From positions 85,560,001-85,624,000 of the forward strand of contig OX597815.1 of NCBI GenBank assembly GCA_951406725.2: a DNA stretch of 64,000 nucleotides, given 5' to 3'. The notes below the pieces were generated by a model, which saw only the letters and a program-made list of their open reading frames with translations, searched no databases and was not told the origin of the DNA. Position numbers and translations under genes: made by a program. Below, piece after piece: positions 50,587 to 64,000 of the stretch. Positions within the stretch are counted from its first letter, which is position 1, and each line of letters starts with the position of its first letter. The stretch comes from Octopus vulgaris. Its lineage: Eukaryota.

Positions 50587-52773
50587 CATATATTCAGCTC
50601 TAGGCTCATGATGCATACAGAAACAACTATGCTAGGAGTGTTAGGAACATTATCATGAAGATACACCTGTTATGAAAGCTGAAGCATATTCCAAGAGATT
50701 ATTCGATATTACGTATGGAATATTTCCCTTTGGGCATTCTTCAGGAGTTTTCTATCACTATTTTTGCTCTGCAATTTACACAGTAAAATATCTTTTCTAA
50801 TTTCAATTGTAACAGTTACTTAAGAAGTTATTGTTCAGTAATTATAATTTAAAATTTTTATAAGTTAAAATTTTCTTTAATTTTGGCGTCATTGAGTAAG
50901 AGGTTATGTAAATTTTTTCTGCGCTCATAAATTTTTGGCTGCTAGAGATCGGTGGATGTTTAATAATAAAAATCTGTGCTTAATTCTCTCTAAGCTTTCC
51001 TCTGAAGATGTTTCATAATGAATTCAGCCATAGAATTATGGCGCCCAAAGAAATATAACGATGTCGGGTGATTTTGAATGTCATTGTGTGCATACATTTG
51101 ACATGCGAATTGGGAATTATTTCGAAAGTTTAATCGATGTTAATGTTGAGATATTTTGTACATTCTTTCTCTAGAGTTTTTCTATTGAGATTTTTTTATT
51201 CGGTAAATCGTATTTCTCAATTTTAGCTGTAAACTAAATTATTCACAGCATTACTTACCTACCTATTTATTTACTTACCTACGAATACATGTTTGTGTGC
51301 TATGCGTGTATTTGTATGTGCGTGTGTTTGTCACCCACACACAGACACACACACATAAATATATACACACTCATGCGTGCGCACACACACTCACGCATTT
51401 ATATTGTGAAGTAGTAATACGAATGTCTAATATTTGGTGACTTAATGAAAATGAGTGAGGATAATGGTTTCCTTGTCTATTAGCAATGATTAACTTGCTG
51501 ACCGCGTGGGAAGCTACTTGATTCTACAAAAAGATTTAAAAAAAAAACAAGAAGTAAAAGATGAAATAGAAGAGAAGGAAAAAGATCGTGATAGTGATAA
51601 CGAAGCAGAAGAAGAAGAAGAAGAAGAAGAAGAAGAAGAAATGCCATAAAAATTGAGAAAAAGAGACGAAGATGTAATTGAAATGGAAATATTTTGTCTT
51701 GTCTTATGTAAGATATTTGGTAAAACAAACAATGAAATATCATTTAATTCAAAATTACTAATCCTATCAACTTTTAGACAAATACAAAACATTTGCAAAA
51801 CCAAAACATTTTCGTCTAAATTTCGTACAGTTTGTAAACATTATTATTGTAAACTAAATGTTACGAAGACATGCAGAGAACTGTTATGTGATTTGAACAC
51901 GAAAAAGGAAGTCTATCCGTTATTAACAATAGTGGTAAATGTCAGATGGAAAAGAAGAGTTTTACAGAAAACAAGCAATTTATAACTCCATTCAGTCGAT
52001 TCTCACTAACTGTCACGAAACGTGTTGCCATCATTTTATACGAAACTAAAGAACACAATAAATGGCACTTCTACAAAAACTTTTCCTTTATTTCTTACAT
52101 ATTTTTTTTTGAGCGGTTGTGTTTTGCTTTCATTGTTTACTTGCTTCGGAATATCACACTATAAGAATTTGTTTGATTTAAAAGATTATTTTTCTTAAAC
52201 AGTTCTAAATTGAAACTAACAGCTAGCGTATCAATTGCAACTAAGTAACAGGTATTTGAAATATTGTAAACGTCGTAACATTTTAAGCATTTTATTTTAT
52301 TTTTTTTATTAATTATCTGAAACATTCAACAACACAATTTGAACAAATTATGAATTACCGACTAACATTTTAATACAAAGGATATTTGACAATGTAAGCC
52401 CCCATCTGAGACCTAAAATAGAGCAAAAGGCCTCTTGACGTCAGGAGGCTTGTTACTATTTTTCTATCTCAGCTTGGTGTGTATAATGTCAAATAACATT
52501 CTCTATTTTTGTGGAAAGCTCTATAATCGATTACACTGATTTCAGTACTTGGCCTGCATATTATTCTATTGACTAAAAAATTAAAAGGAAATCTGATCTC
52601 TCAGATTGTTCACTCACAACGCAAAGGGAGGTAACTAAATACTAAATGGACTTTCCCAGACGCTCTAATTATTTTGCCAATCTATAACTCTTATATTACA
52701 GTTGTAGTTTCAACTTGTAAAATCACATATAAACAAGAAATCTTCGTTTCAAGCGTTCTGACGGCTTTATTAC

Positions 52774-52828
<55 letters not shown>

Positions 52829-52850
52829 TATATTATTATTATTATTATTA

Positions 52851-53300
52851 CTTTTTTTTTCTTCTTTCAAATTTGCTTCCATTTCTTGCCGAGTGTCTTC
52901 CCGACTCCTAGGGCAAAGAAACTCATAGTATACATTGGTAGGCCATTAAACCAAACTCAGTAGTTCGTTCATTTTTTTTTTTTTTAAGTTAAATTAAAAT
53001 ACATGAGCAGCAATAGTTTTCACATCGACAATGCTCTTCTCAATACGTGTGATGTACCAGTTAAGACAATTTTTTGCACTTCTTGCAGGGATGGTAAGCC
53101 AGGGATCATTCTCATATAATTTTCGGTTCCCTTCTTGATCATTCCTAGTGCTCCTACGATCACTGGTATTGTAACCGCCTTGAGATGCCACATTTTCTCA
53201 ATTTCAATGAGTAGGTCTTTATATTTTCTGAGCTTGTCAAACTCTTTCGCTGAGATATTATGATCACACTTTCGCTGAGATATTATGATCACACTTTCGC
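52851..53300 (-). mobile_element. 3' end of an R4/Dong-like LINE abutting (TAA)n
   Basis: KEFDKLRKYKDLLIEIEKMWHLKAVTIPVIVGALGMI...VLTGTSHVLRRALSM*, then a 3' UTR running into the (AAT)n tract at 52767-52850; 25-bp tandem duplication at the 5' truncation point. Confidence 0.8.
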
Positions 53301-54908
53301 TACTTCATAAAAGTTAAAAAAGAAACAAAAACTTAAAAACTCTTGAGAGAAATCAATTTAAGAAAATAAACTGAAATGCTAAATTTAGAAAGTCTTCGAT
53401 ATATGAAACTGAACAATGCACGTACTCAAGGAAAACATTTGCTCGATTTTAATTAATTTACTAAAATTAAAACACAAGAAAGCTAGTGTCTCCACATACA
53501 CACTCACACACACACTAGACTGAGTCCTTCCTGTTTATATGCTTCAAGTTTGTAGTTCATTTCGCTTCCCAGTTGAAGTTCGTTTACATTGAATACGTTT
53601 CTTATGCATAAAGAAACAATTCAGTCAACGATTCGTATTGTCAGCCTCCTATAATTCTAAAGTGCCAAGATTATTCAAGCATTTACGAGTTTATAATATT
53701 GCTTAGTAATCCTAAGAACAAAGTAAAATAACTATCAGCAAGTTTTGATTCGGTTTTCATATCAACTGTACGACAATCGTTAGCAGGAAAAGTCAATTTT
53801 TAAGCTTAATTTTATGTAAGATTTCGTCTGTAGAAAGTTTAGTACAATAATGATACTCATTAATGCTGGATGGGATAAAGAATTGCTTCAGATACTTATT
53901 ATATTTTCTATTTTTCAGTAGCTTCATGATATCAAAGTCTTGCACAAAGATCCATTTTGTAGATTATTTTTTGCAATTTTTGTAAACGAAAGATAATAAT
54001 ACGTTTTCCAGTAAGAGATTGCAAGTTTTACGCCATCTTTGTATTTTCCACAAATGAAATTTAGGATGAAACATGTAAGAACGAAATGACTGCAAAGTTT
54101 TTGAATTTAGATTGAATAGTCGCTAATATAACACTCAATTCAATCACGCATTTTATCTTCTTCAGATCTCAGATGATAAAAGTAATATAATAAGCGCAGT
54201 TAGAGACAGCGAGTCGATCATTATTAAAAAAAAAGAATATTTTTGTATTAAAAAGAGGGTCACTGACACAAACACGTTGAGCGCAGGTAAGGTTGTGTGC
54301 TTAAAAAATTTGCTTCACAACTGTGCGATTTCAAGTTCCATTATACTGTGTGACATTTAGAGAAAGTATTTCTTGCCATAGCTTCGCATTTGTCGAAATT
54401 TGATTTACTTGATATGCAAAGGAAATTTGGTAGACAGTTGTCGTGTGGAAGAAGAAAGGTTCCCGTTGTAAGGACCACTCTGATTTTTGGGTGGTAGACT
54501 TAATCTATCGTCCAGTTTAAAACGTGAACCCTGTCTCTGTAGGAATCCACTCTGTTGAATGTGCTCGTGCCGAGTCTCCGGTTAGAGTTTAACTTTCTCC
54601 AATCGTCACTCCAGTCTTTAAGGCGTTGAAAAGAGGCATAGAAACTGAGTCTTCTTTCTCTGACTAAGCTGTAAAAAGTTTAAAAAAATACTAATGCTGC
54701 TGCTACCGCCACCACCGCCGCCGCCGCCGCCACCCCCACTACCTCCACCACTAATAATAATAATCCTTTCTACAATAGATACAAGGCCTGAAATTTAGGG
54801 GAGGGGATAGTCGATTTCATCGACCCCACCCCAGTACTCAACTGGCACTTATTTCATCGACTCCGAATAGATGAAAGGCAAAGTCGACTTGTGCCTATAA
54901 TAGAAAGG

Positions 54909-55103
<195 letters not shown>

Positions 55104-55657
55104 GAGTGAGAGAGCAGTGCATGCCATTAAACTGGGGTAAAATATACGAAGCCCAGTATGCCCATCATGACTACCCGTCTGATAAGGGTACACTAGGCAC
55201 ATGCATTACAACCATATATGCACGACATGGTGATCTCATATCAAGATAAACAGCGGATGAACGTGAAGATGGGGTCCAGTTAGAATTTTCTTCTGGTCGA
55301 GTAGTCCATCCCGCTCAAAAGGTCCCTGAATAAGGGTTGTTTAAGCATGTTGAACGAAACACCCATGTTTCCAAAGGTGAATTATCCAAACCTCTAAGAA
55401 TTCCTTTCAGCACACGGCTATGATGCTCCCCCACTACTTCTGCTTGTGATCAGAGGTGCACATATTCTTAGCCACTAAGGGACATGGTCAACTGGTTATG
55501 GTCAAATAACTGACAAGCAATTCTGTGGTATTGAGCAGAATATATTGCTGTAGCCCATCTTTTATACCAAGACAAAACAATGTACATGATAACACTTCTA
55601 ATCAGTTAAGATAAGAAACCATGAGAACCACTGCTTGGTACTGCATCAGGGCATGTA

Positions 55658-55659
<2 letters not shown>
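55104..55659. mobile_element. Unclassified ~550-bp insertion embedded in an (ATT)n microsatellite
   Basis: Complex sequence flanked by (ATT)n at 54909-55103 and 55660-55728. Confidence 0.5.
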
Positions 55660-55730
<71 letters not shown>

Positions 55731-58199
55731 TTAAATTAATTAAGGAAGAGGTATAGTTCAATGAATCAATTTAGAGGGCTGGGAAACTATTTGGAGCTAA
55801 GGGAATAATGTTTTCAAATGCTGGCAATACCTTACACTGTACTGCATAATATTCTACATTATGATGCTGTAGTATACCACCGCGTCGCAATGCTGTAAAC
55901 AATTGTTCTATTGTCTATTACAACTACACGACTTTATACATCGCTGCACTTGAAGGGTATCGCTTTACAAACAAACTTACAAACACGAGTATAGTTATAC
56001 ACAGACATACATATAAATATACACGCATTCGAAACACTATAATGTACGAAAGATGTCTCGTCAGGATATTACATCAATTTCCTCTTTCATGAAACTGTTT
56101 ATAACATCAACATCAGTAGCAGAAGCAGCAGTAGCACCAATACCATCACCACTACTACTGTGTCATCGTAACACCACTACTGCCACCACCACTATTTCAG
56201 CAACCTCTCAATCAATCAATCTCGCCGCCACCCTTATTATTACCACCTGCAACACATTACATAACAAAGTGTGTTAGGAAAAGTGTGCGCAGACGATTCA
56301 AATATTTATCGTCAAATGTTTATATTTTAGGCTTCATCGTAAGACTGTCTGTCTCTTTATCGTATCAAATTCATACGACTTCTGTGGAAAAAACAATAAC
56401 ATTGTTGTCACGTGGATATGCGATCACATAGAAGGTGGATAGGAATGGAATGATTACATAATCACTTAAATATAGAGATTACAGAACAAAAAGATTAACG
56501 TCAGCGATTTCAATATGAGGGAGTGACAAACTCCCTGGATATCAATGCAGTTATTGTTGGCTACCCCAACAGAAGATCAATGTTTCATTTAAAATTGAAA
56601 TAATAGGTTGGCTTTTATTCAAATTGTCTTGAAACTCCTGGGTCAAAACTTGATAATGCAGGCTATACATTGGACAGGTTTGTAGAGCAGTTTATCTTCC
56701 ATTACAAATATAGTTCCACATTGAAAATGTCGCTCATTGGAACGTAAATAAAAGTGATTCTATCATGTGAGTCGAACCACGTATAAGTCGCTTTAAAAGG
56801 CATTACCAATTGCTCCAAATAGCTTTTGTCTACTGTTGTGCAATGGAAAGTGAAGTGGCACGGTAAATTGTAGGTAGGTGTTTCGTGTTCTGCCAGTGGT
56901 TATAATACCTGATATAATTTAACAGTGAAAATGGTAGATAAATCATTAATAATTTGTAAGGGATTGTTTATTCATCGTAAACATTGACTCAAGACGAGGT
57001 CGAGCTTATTCATACTGAAATATGAATATTTCGACAATAATCAATCAGAAAACCAGGACAATTATCATGTTAGAAAAAGCAGAGAACGGAATGTTAATAA
57101 TCGTAAGGAGTTAGTTAGTGAAGTTGAACATTTAGTTTATAGAATTTACAATGCTGCCTATATGTGACGTACCCTTCTAACACTAAGTGACTGAATATAT
57201 ATTTTAAGGCGCTGGGCTAACGTAATTAAAAGTAGGAGGAAATTAGGAATAAGGTAACCGAGTTGTCCTACTATGAGCAATTATATAGTTCAAGCTCCTC
57301 AAACATTTTAACTATTGTCTCTTTTCTTTCACTAATATTTTAACGCTCCACATCCCTCTACGATACAAATTTCTCTTCCATTTCAATGTACATACACGTT
57401 ATATTAGGCAAGAGTGATTTAGCTCCCAGTACTAGTTTCACACTGGTGACTACTCACTTTAGTATTAGCTACCACTATAAACGAATGTTATAAGCATAAG
57501 TACAGTCTATTCGGCTTTATTCATTTATTTTTTGAAGGTTATTGTTATTGTCGACGCTCTCATTGTTATTGTCGTTGTTATTTTGAATATAGCTAACAGG
57601 CAGTTTGAAATTTTCGCTGAAGTTAATAGTGAAATGGGAGTCAAAATCTAAAACATCTGTAAATATGCATGTATCGCTTTTCTACTGCCCCTTTTACTTC
57701 CATATAAAATGTTCCATCACCCAATTAGAACAACTACTCTAAGCAGTCACTTGACTTTTCTTTTCTATCTTGTGGTCAGGAGAGAAGTGCAATGTCCTCC
57801 AAGTCCGTTTGGCGGGACAGAGATGTCTTCAGAACGATGACTTGTTCCGGATTCTTGTAAGAATGCGAACTCCGCTACTGGTACCGAGTGACGGATTAAG
57901 TTTTACTAGCTAAGGTTAAAAAGGAACATTAATAGCTTAAATCTCATTTGTTTAAGATGGCTTACTGAGATCATAAGCACTGCTTCTACCCAACGAGGAT
58001 TATAATGTAATCCTGGAGAAACTGTCTGAAAAAAAAAAGAAACGATTGTCATAACTGGAACCTTTTCACAATAGGTCTGTTCGATGAGGGCTAGCCTGTG
58101 GGTATTCTTCAAGAATAGCTTCAGAAGCCATGAGGAGTCGCTCAATCTGTCAGAAATAGTAGCTAAAAACTTCCTCAAAATAACTTTACAGCAAAATAT

Positions 58200-58410
58200 A
58201 TATTTCTGTACTACCCACAAGGGGCTAAACACAGAGAGGACAAACAAGGACAGACAAACGGATTAAGTCAATTACTGGTACTTAATTTATCGACCCTGAA
58301 AGGATGAAAGGCAAAGTCGACCTCGGCAGAATTTGAACCCAGAACGTAACGGCAGACGAAATACGGCCACGCATTTCGCCCGGCGTGCTAACGATTCTGC
58401 CAGTTCGCCG
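58200..58410 (-). mobile_element. SINE family B
   Basis: Core and tail 1. Further copies at about 845-1090, 5090-5280, 15325-15660, 31970-32160, 38970-39362 and 54760-54910. Confidence 0.8.
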
Positions 58411-60139
58411 CAACCTCGCTCATCTTCTCAACCGTTGTTATTGCTTAGTTCCAGGTTAGTCCTGATCAAAAAGACACTTGGTCAAAAGTATTCCAATTGG
58501 GAATATCTTTTTGTTTTATAGAGACTATATCGTTTGATGTGTCCTTCCCATTTTTTAAGATGGTAAGATGTGATTTGATAAATACTTTGCTGTTATTTCT
58601 AGCTGGTCAAGCTCACATCGTTGTTTCTGTATGTGTCTTGTTGCTTCTGGTTTTTGTCTGTCTGCCAGCCTGCGTGTCTGCATGTCTGTCTGTCTGCCTA
58701 CCTGTTTGTCTGTCTGTTTGTCTGTCAGTCTATGTATCTCCTTCTTTCTATCCCCTTTAAGGTTATATGCTCAATGTGTAACTTCGTCAAATCGAAACGA
58801 AGCATTAAGTTTGTTTTTGTCCGGCCTAAGATATCCTAAAAAATCATTATCGATAAACAGTAGCGAATATCTACAGACAAAGAAAAAAAAAACGAGAGAA
58901 AAGTGAAGTAAACAGCAAACTAAATGACGACCCTTGATAAAAATGATGTAAAAAAGGAAACATGCTAAATGCGGAACTTAGAAATATTTCTTAAATATTA
59001 TTTTCCCATTTGTTATTGGATGTCCGCCTGAATGACACGCCACAAGATGACGATTTTTATAACATTACTTCCACACACATTTCTTTTATTCAATTTTGGT
59101 GATTAAATGGAGGTAAATAAAAATAAACCGTCGTAAAAATAGCCAGATTATCGATTAGGATTCAGACATTATTTTTTCCTAATGTTCAGCACTAACCCTC
59201 TCAATGGCTTTCATGATTTACCGATCACCTTCCCAATACATATATCAAATTTGTCTATATGCTTTTCTCTTTCTCTCTCTCTTCCTCTCGCTCGCTATGT
59301 CTGTATGTGTATAGAAACATACAATCATGTATATATATGTGTGTGTATATGAGCGTGTTAGTATACGTATATGTAATATGTTTGCATGCATATGCGTTAT
59401 ATTTGCTTCCAATTTTATGTGCGAAAGCAGTAATGTGCCCAATATCCATACTGGAAAGCGCTCAGTCAATTATATGAGTATATCAATAAGTAACTCGACA
59501 ATTAAATAGGCTTAATGGTCTAGTTATCTTTACACACCTATTACTAAATGTAATTTTGTTATAGCTAATCGAATTTTATGCATTTTTATAATGTTTAAAT
59601 GCAGTACATAATACAGGGTTACTTGCATTATGAAGTGATTAATGCAGTGTAAATTGTGAGACAAATTTAAGCAGATTTACCTCCGGACTGAAATTTTGTA
59701 TGATTTTCGTTTCCAAGATCTGGTTACGTTGAATTATTTATATTTAAGTATTTTTGAATGGATAGTTTTATGTTTAGTTCCATTATATGTTCTAAACTAT
59801 ACCATGTTCTGTCTATATAGTTTCACTTTATCAGTTTTGTCTAAGCCATTCAGAACTACCAAAACACCGTGTAGTAAAGTAATGGTCAGGTTGTGGTGAT
59901 GGTTATGGTAGTGGGGAGAGTCTCTATTTCTTAAGAATTACTGTTCAAGCATAACACCGCAAGTGTCTCAACATTATTTGATTGTACATCTACAGAGTGT
60001 TTCTGTCTTCACTTTTTCGGTTAGTACAGTGAAGTCTGTGCCTTACTGAAGAAGTATGATTAGACTGAAATACATCAGGTGATGTCTTCCCTTTTTGCTG
60101 AAATTATTAAAATTATATAAAATAATATCACTAATTAGT

Positions 60140-60563
60140 AGGCGCAGGAGTGGTTGTGTGGTAAGTAGTTTGCTTACGAACCACATGGTTCTGGATTCAC
60201 TACCACTGTGTGGAACCTTGGGCAAGTGTCTTCTACTATAGCCTCGGGTCGACCAAAGCTTTGTGAGTGGATTTGGTAGACGGAAACTGAAAGAAGCCCG
60301 TCGTATATATGTATATATATATGTATGTGTGTCTGTAAGTTTGTGTGTCTGTGTTTGTCCCCCCACCAACATCGCTTTACAACCGATGCTGGTGTGTTTA
60401 TTTCCCTGTAACTTAGTGGTTCAGCAAAAGAAACCGATTGAATAAGTACTAGGCTTACAAAGAATAAGTTTTGGGGTCGATTTACTCGACTAAAGGCGGT
60501 GCTCCAGCATGGCTACAGTCACATGACTGAAACAAGTAAAAGAGTAAAAGAGAGTAAAAGAGT
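60140..60563 (+). mobile_element. SINE family A, full length
   Basis: GGCGCAGGAGTGGTTGTGTGGTAAGTAG...ATGACTGAAACAAGTAAAAGAGTAAAAG. Confidence 0.88.
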
Positions 60564-61073
60564 AATTGAACTAACTCTGCCTTTTCTTCATCTCATAATT
60601 ATTTCAAATTAAGTATTAGTGCTCAATAATTATAGCAACACTAACTTAATATTGCTTTTTTTACAGATACGTCTCTGAGAAATTGAACTCAGTGTATTCT
60701 TTTTGTATTATAAAGATCTTTGTATTAGCAACCTCTTTAAAGTCTAAAGAGAGTGACTTATGACAGGAGCAAACTAACTTTTAGCAGAATTTAAGACGGT
60801 ATTCGTTTCGGTTAATTGACAGTTCACCTCACTTACATCGGTAATGCATGGCAGAAAGTATGATAATCTCTAAATTTCATACTTATATTCCCGACAATTT
60901 GGTGCCATTTGTCAATATAACAAGCTACCACACGAATAACTGTGGGAGTGGATTTAGTCTCCCAGTCTGTTAGTAGCTTTAATTGATTTACATACAGTAT
61001 TCACAGATTTCCTGATTAAATTCTTGTAACAAAACTATTACTGTCCAGGTTTGGTTGACAATTGATATGTATT

Positions 61074-62593
61074 TGTAGCATAGCTAGGTGATGTCCTCAC
61101 TGTTTGAGAAATATATTAGAAATGATCTCGTGTTAGATAGCAAAATCTTCGGCTATTCTTCTTTTGTTAGGGTAACTGTGCGGCGTTAAAAAGGAGACAT
61201 TTCTGTCACCAACTCCTTACGTACGGTCGTTTTCCCTACACTGGTGACCCCTTGTTTTCAATCATGCAGCTATTATTATTCTCAGTGGTCTTACGTTCAC
61301 TCGAACGTCCCAATTGGTGACCTAGTGCCAGTTTATGTGACCAACCGTTCGGAGATCACCTCTTCGCTGCAGAATATCCATTTTATCGCCGTTTTGTCTA
61401 CAACAAAACGTCTGATGGGGGGCTCTGTAGTGTATCTAGGTGATGTCCTCACTGTTTGAGAGATATATTAGAAATGATCTCGTGTTAGATAGCAACCATC
61501 TTCGGCTATTTTGACCCCGTTGTGTCCACTGCTCTGATTGGTTGACATTGGTGCAGTTTGTCTCTTGACTTATTTCGCGCCAGTGTGTAAGCCAACCAAT
61601 CACGGCCTTCGGGTAAGGTCTCATGACACAGTCTTTTTGGGTTCTTACTGGAGCCCACCGTCTGTTATGAAAGGCACCAGCAAATCACTATTTCTCGTCT
61701 TTGGTTCTTGTCCTTCTCAGGACTAACCTCTGACCACAGAGCGACTCAACCATGTTCCAGCAACACTGTCTTAGGTTCTAGTCCTTCTCAGGACTAACCT
61801 CTGACCACATAGTGACTAAGCCAGTTCCATGTTTCAGCGACGACCAGACCAGCTAGTTCCAGCGACCCAGCCACGTTCCTGCTCCAGCAACGCCGACGCC
61901 ATCATCTCAACCGTCACCGTTCTCCACCTCCGTCGCCTTCATCTCCGGCAACACCAATACGTACACAGCAACTCGCTCAGGTTTAACCTACACGCTGTTG
62001 TGATATTCACCAAGGTTAACAGCACAGCACTACCTCCGAGATCTTCTGTACCAATGTAACCTGGCACAGCATTGAAGCCCCAACCACTACACGACATGTG
62101 TTCAACCGGCATTCTGCCTTGTGACCCCAACATCCTGTTACAAAACTATTACTATTGTGTAACTTTACTACGAACTGGTAAATTAACTCCATCTTGTCTA
62201 AAATATCCTGAAAGACTCATTCTATGCTTTGTATTGTATTCTGTCTCACATACGCATACACCTTGTTTGTACTTCTGTCGCACACACGAATACACAGACG
62301 CAAACACTTGTTGCACGCACCGTTGTTATACTTACAACGGGCACACAGACACACATGTGCACACACCCAGATACTCCACTTTGCAAGCACCCATACTTTA
62401 TCTTATTGTACACATCTGTAAATAAAGTCTTCTTCTCTCAAACAGTAGAACAGTTGTCGTCCTCATTATTCCTTTTGGCACTTATTCTTTTATACCGTGT
62501 ATTTTGGCTTCTTCTTTTGTTAGGGCGATCGTGCGGCGTTTAAAAGGAGACATTTCTGTCACCAACTCCTTACGTACGGTCGTTTTCCCTACA
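61074..62593 (+). mobile_element. Miniature non-coding LTR retrotransposon (TRIM-like) with unequal LTRs
   Basis: 5' LTR 61074-61240 and 3' LTR 61426-62593, both TGTAG...CTACA with shared first ~85 and last ~85 bp; PBS-like TGGTGACCCC at 61242; G-run before the 3' LTR; TATT TSD on both sides. Confidence 0.85.
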
Positions 62594-62914
62594 TATTTTT
62601 TAGCCTTAGATCAGCACTGACTGAAAAGATTTAGATTCAACACTGTTCATCAGTGACTATTCCTTCTTTTTGTACGTTGAAGACCACAATAATCAAGGTG
62701 TCTTTCCCTTCTCAGGACGTTAGGTTGTGTTTTGGTTAGTATTTTAGTAGATCAGGTGACTATCATAGATGTTCTTATTTTGAGTAATTTCCTTAATATT
62801 GTTTTAAGAAAATGACAGACCACAGCATGAACTGCAGTTTAATATTTTACTCGAATCGGGAGTCACTGTCAAACTACCAGTGTTTATTAACGCAAAATAA
62901 AATATTCTTCACAA

Positions 62915-63492
62915 TGGCGAGGTGGCCGAAACGTTAGCACGCCGGGCGAAATGCTTAGCGGTATTTCGTCTGCCATTACGTTCTGAGTTCAAATTCTGCC
63001 GAGGTCGAATTTGCCTTTCTTCCTTTCGGGGTCGATAAATTAAGTACCAGTTACGCACTGGGGTCGATATAATCGACCTAATCCGTTTGTCTGTCTTTGT
63101 TTGTCCCCTCTGTGTTTAGCCCCTTGTGGGTAGTTTGGAAATAGGTATTTCGTTTGTCTTTATGTTCTGAGTTCAAATTCCGCCGAGGTCGACTTTGCCT
63201 TTCATCTTTTCGGGGTCGATTAAATAAGTAGCAGTTACACACTGGGGTCGATATAATCGACTTAATCCGTTTTTCTGTCCTTGTTTGTCCTCTCTGTGTT
63301 TAGCCCCTTGTGTGTAGTAAAGAAATAGGTATTTTGTGCGTCTTTGTGTTCTGAGATCATATTCCTTTCATTTGCCTTCCATTCTTTCGTAGTCGATAAA
63401 ATACGTATCTGCTGACTACTGGGTTCGATGTAATCGAATTCCACCCCTCCCGCGAGGTTGATGGCTGTGTGCCCAAAATTTGAAACAAATAT
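62915..63492 (+). mobile_element. Composite (multimeric) SINE family B
   Basis: Head plus two core-tail1 units plus a degenerate third core. Confidence 0.85.
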
Positions 63493-63662
63493 TCATGATG
63501 TTAGAATCAGATTCTCACCTCTGTACTACTCGACTAGTAAAACTACTTGTTCTTCATTTCCTGATAGGTGTTCATATAGGTTGTACGAAATTACGCTAGA
63601 AAATAGCTGTTCAACATGTTTGCCACAATTTACTACTCTCTGCCTCTCTCTCTCTGTCTCTG

Positions 63663-63696
<34 letters not shown>

Positions 63697-64000
63697 GCGC
63701 ACACACCTTCCATCTTGTATGAACAGCCATGCAGATATTTGGTTTATTCTGTTTTTGCATTGATTATTTCGATCAACTGCATTTCTTTTTATTAATTCGA
63801 TTACTTATATTTTAAATTTCTAATTATGCATGTCTATGAGATTCCTAATTATATATGTATATATTGAATTACTCATTATACATATAGAAGTTTCGTTAAA
63901 TTCTTAGCTTCTGTCGAACTTCTTAGTTAACTTATCACTAAATTCCTATTGTCTTTTCAGACAGATAGTTGCTTGTTGATCTGTCGAAGGTTTGGGTATG

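Noticed and set aside
60040-60085. CTGAAGA-agt...act-GAAA hammerhead-like motif
   Set aside because: Stem II only 3 bp, stems I and III do not pair; compatible with chance or heavy decay

Overview
AT-rich, microsatellite-dense eukaryotic genomic DNA. The repeat landscape (tRNA-derived SINEs carrying internal TA/CA tracts) is typical of cephalopods, probably Octopus (inference). One protein-coding gene is well supported: a + strand, six-coding-exon acid sphingomyelinase-like phosphodiesterase (SMPDL3A/B family). It runs from ATG 20806 to TGA 44659 and gives a 1455-nt CDS (484 aa) with a signal peptide, all five metallophosphoesterase motifs and a GPI-like tail. Its intron 2 has a GC donor, and its exon 2 acceptor sits directly behind a (TATC)n tract. 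The rest is mobile-element derived: three SINE families, a U6 snRNA pseudogene abutting a SINE, and Penelope-like remnants with hammerhead-ribozyme motifs. There is also an ORF1-only non-LTR element inserted into a SINE with a 16-bp TSD, a miniature LTR element, mariner/hAT/MULE remnants and MITEs, and RLE-type LINE fragments next to (TAA)n. Almost all ORF-track entries are microsatellite or repeat artefacts. All calls were made by eye; no searches were run.
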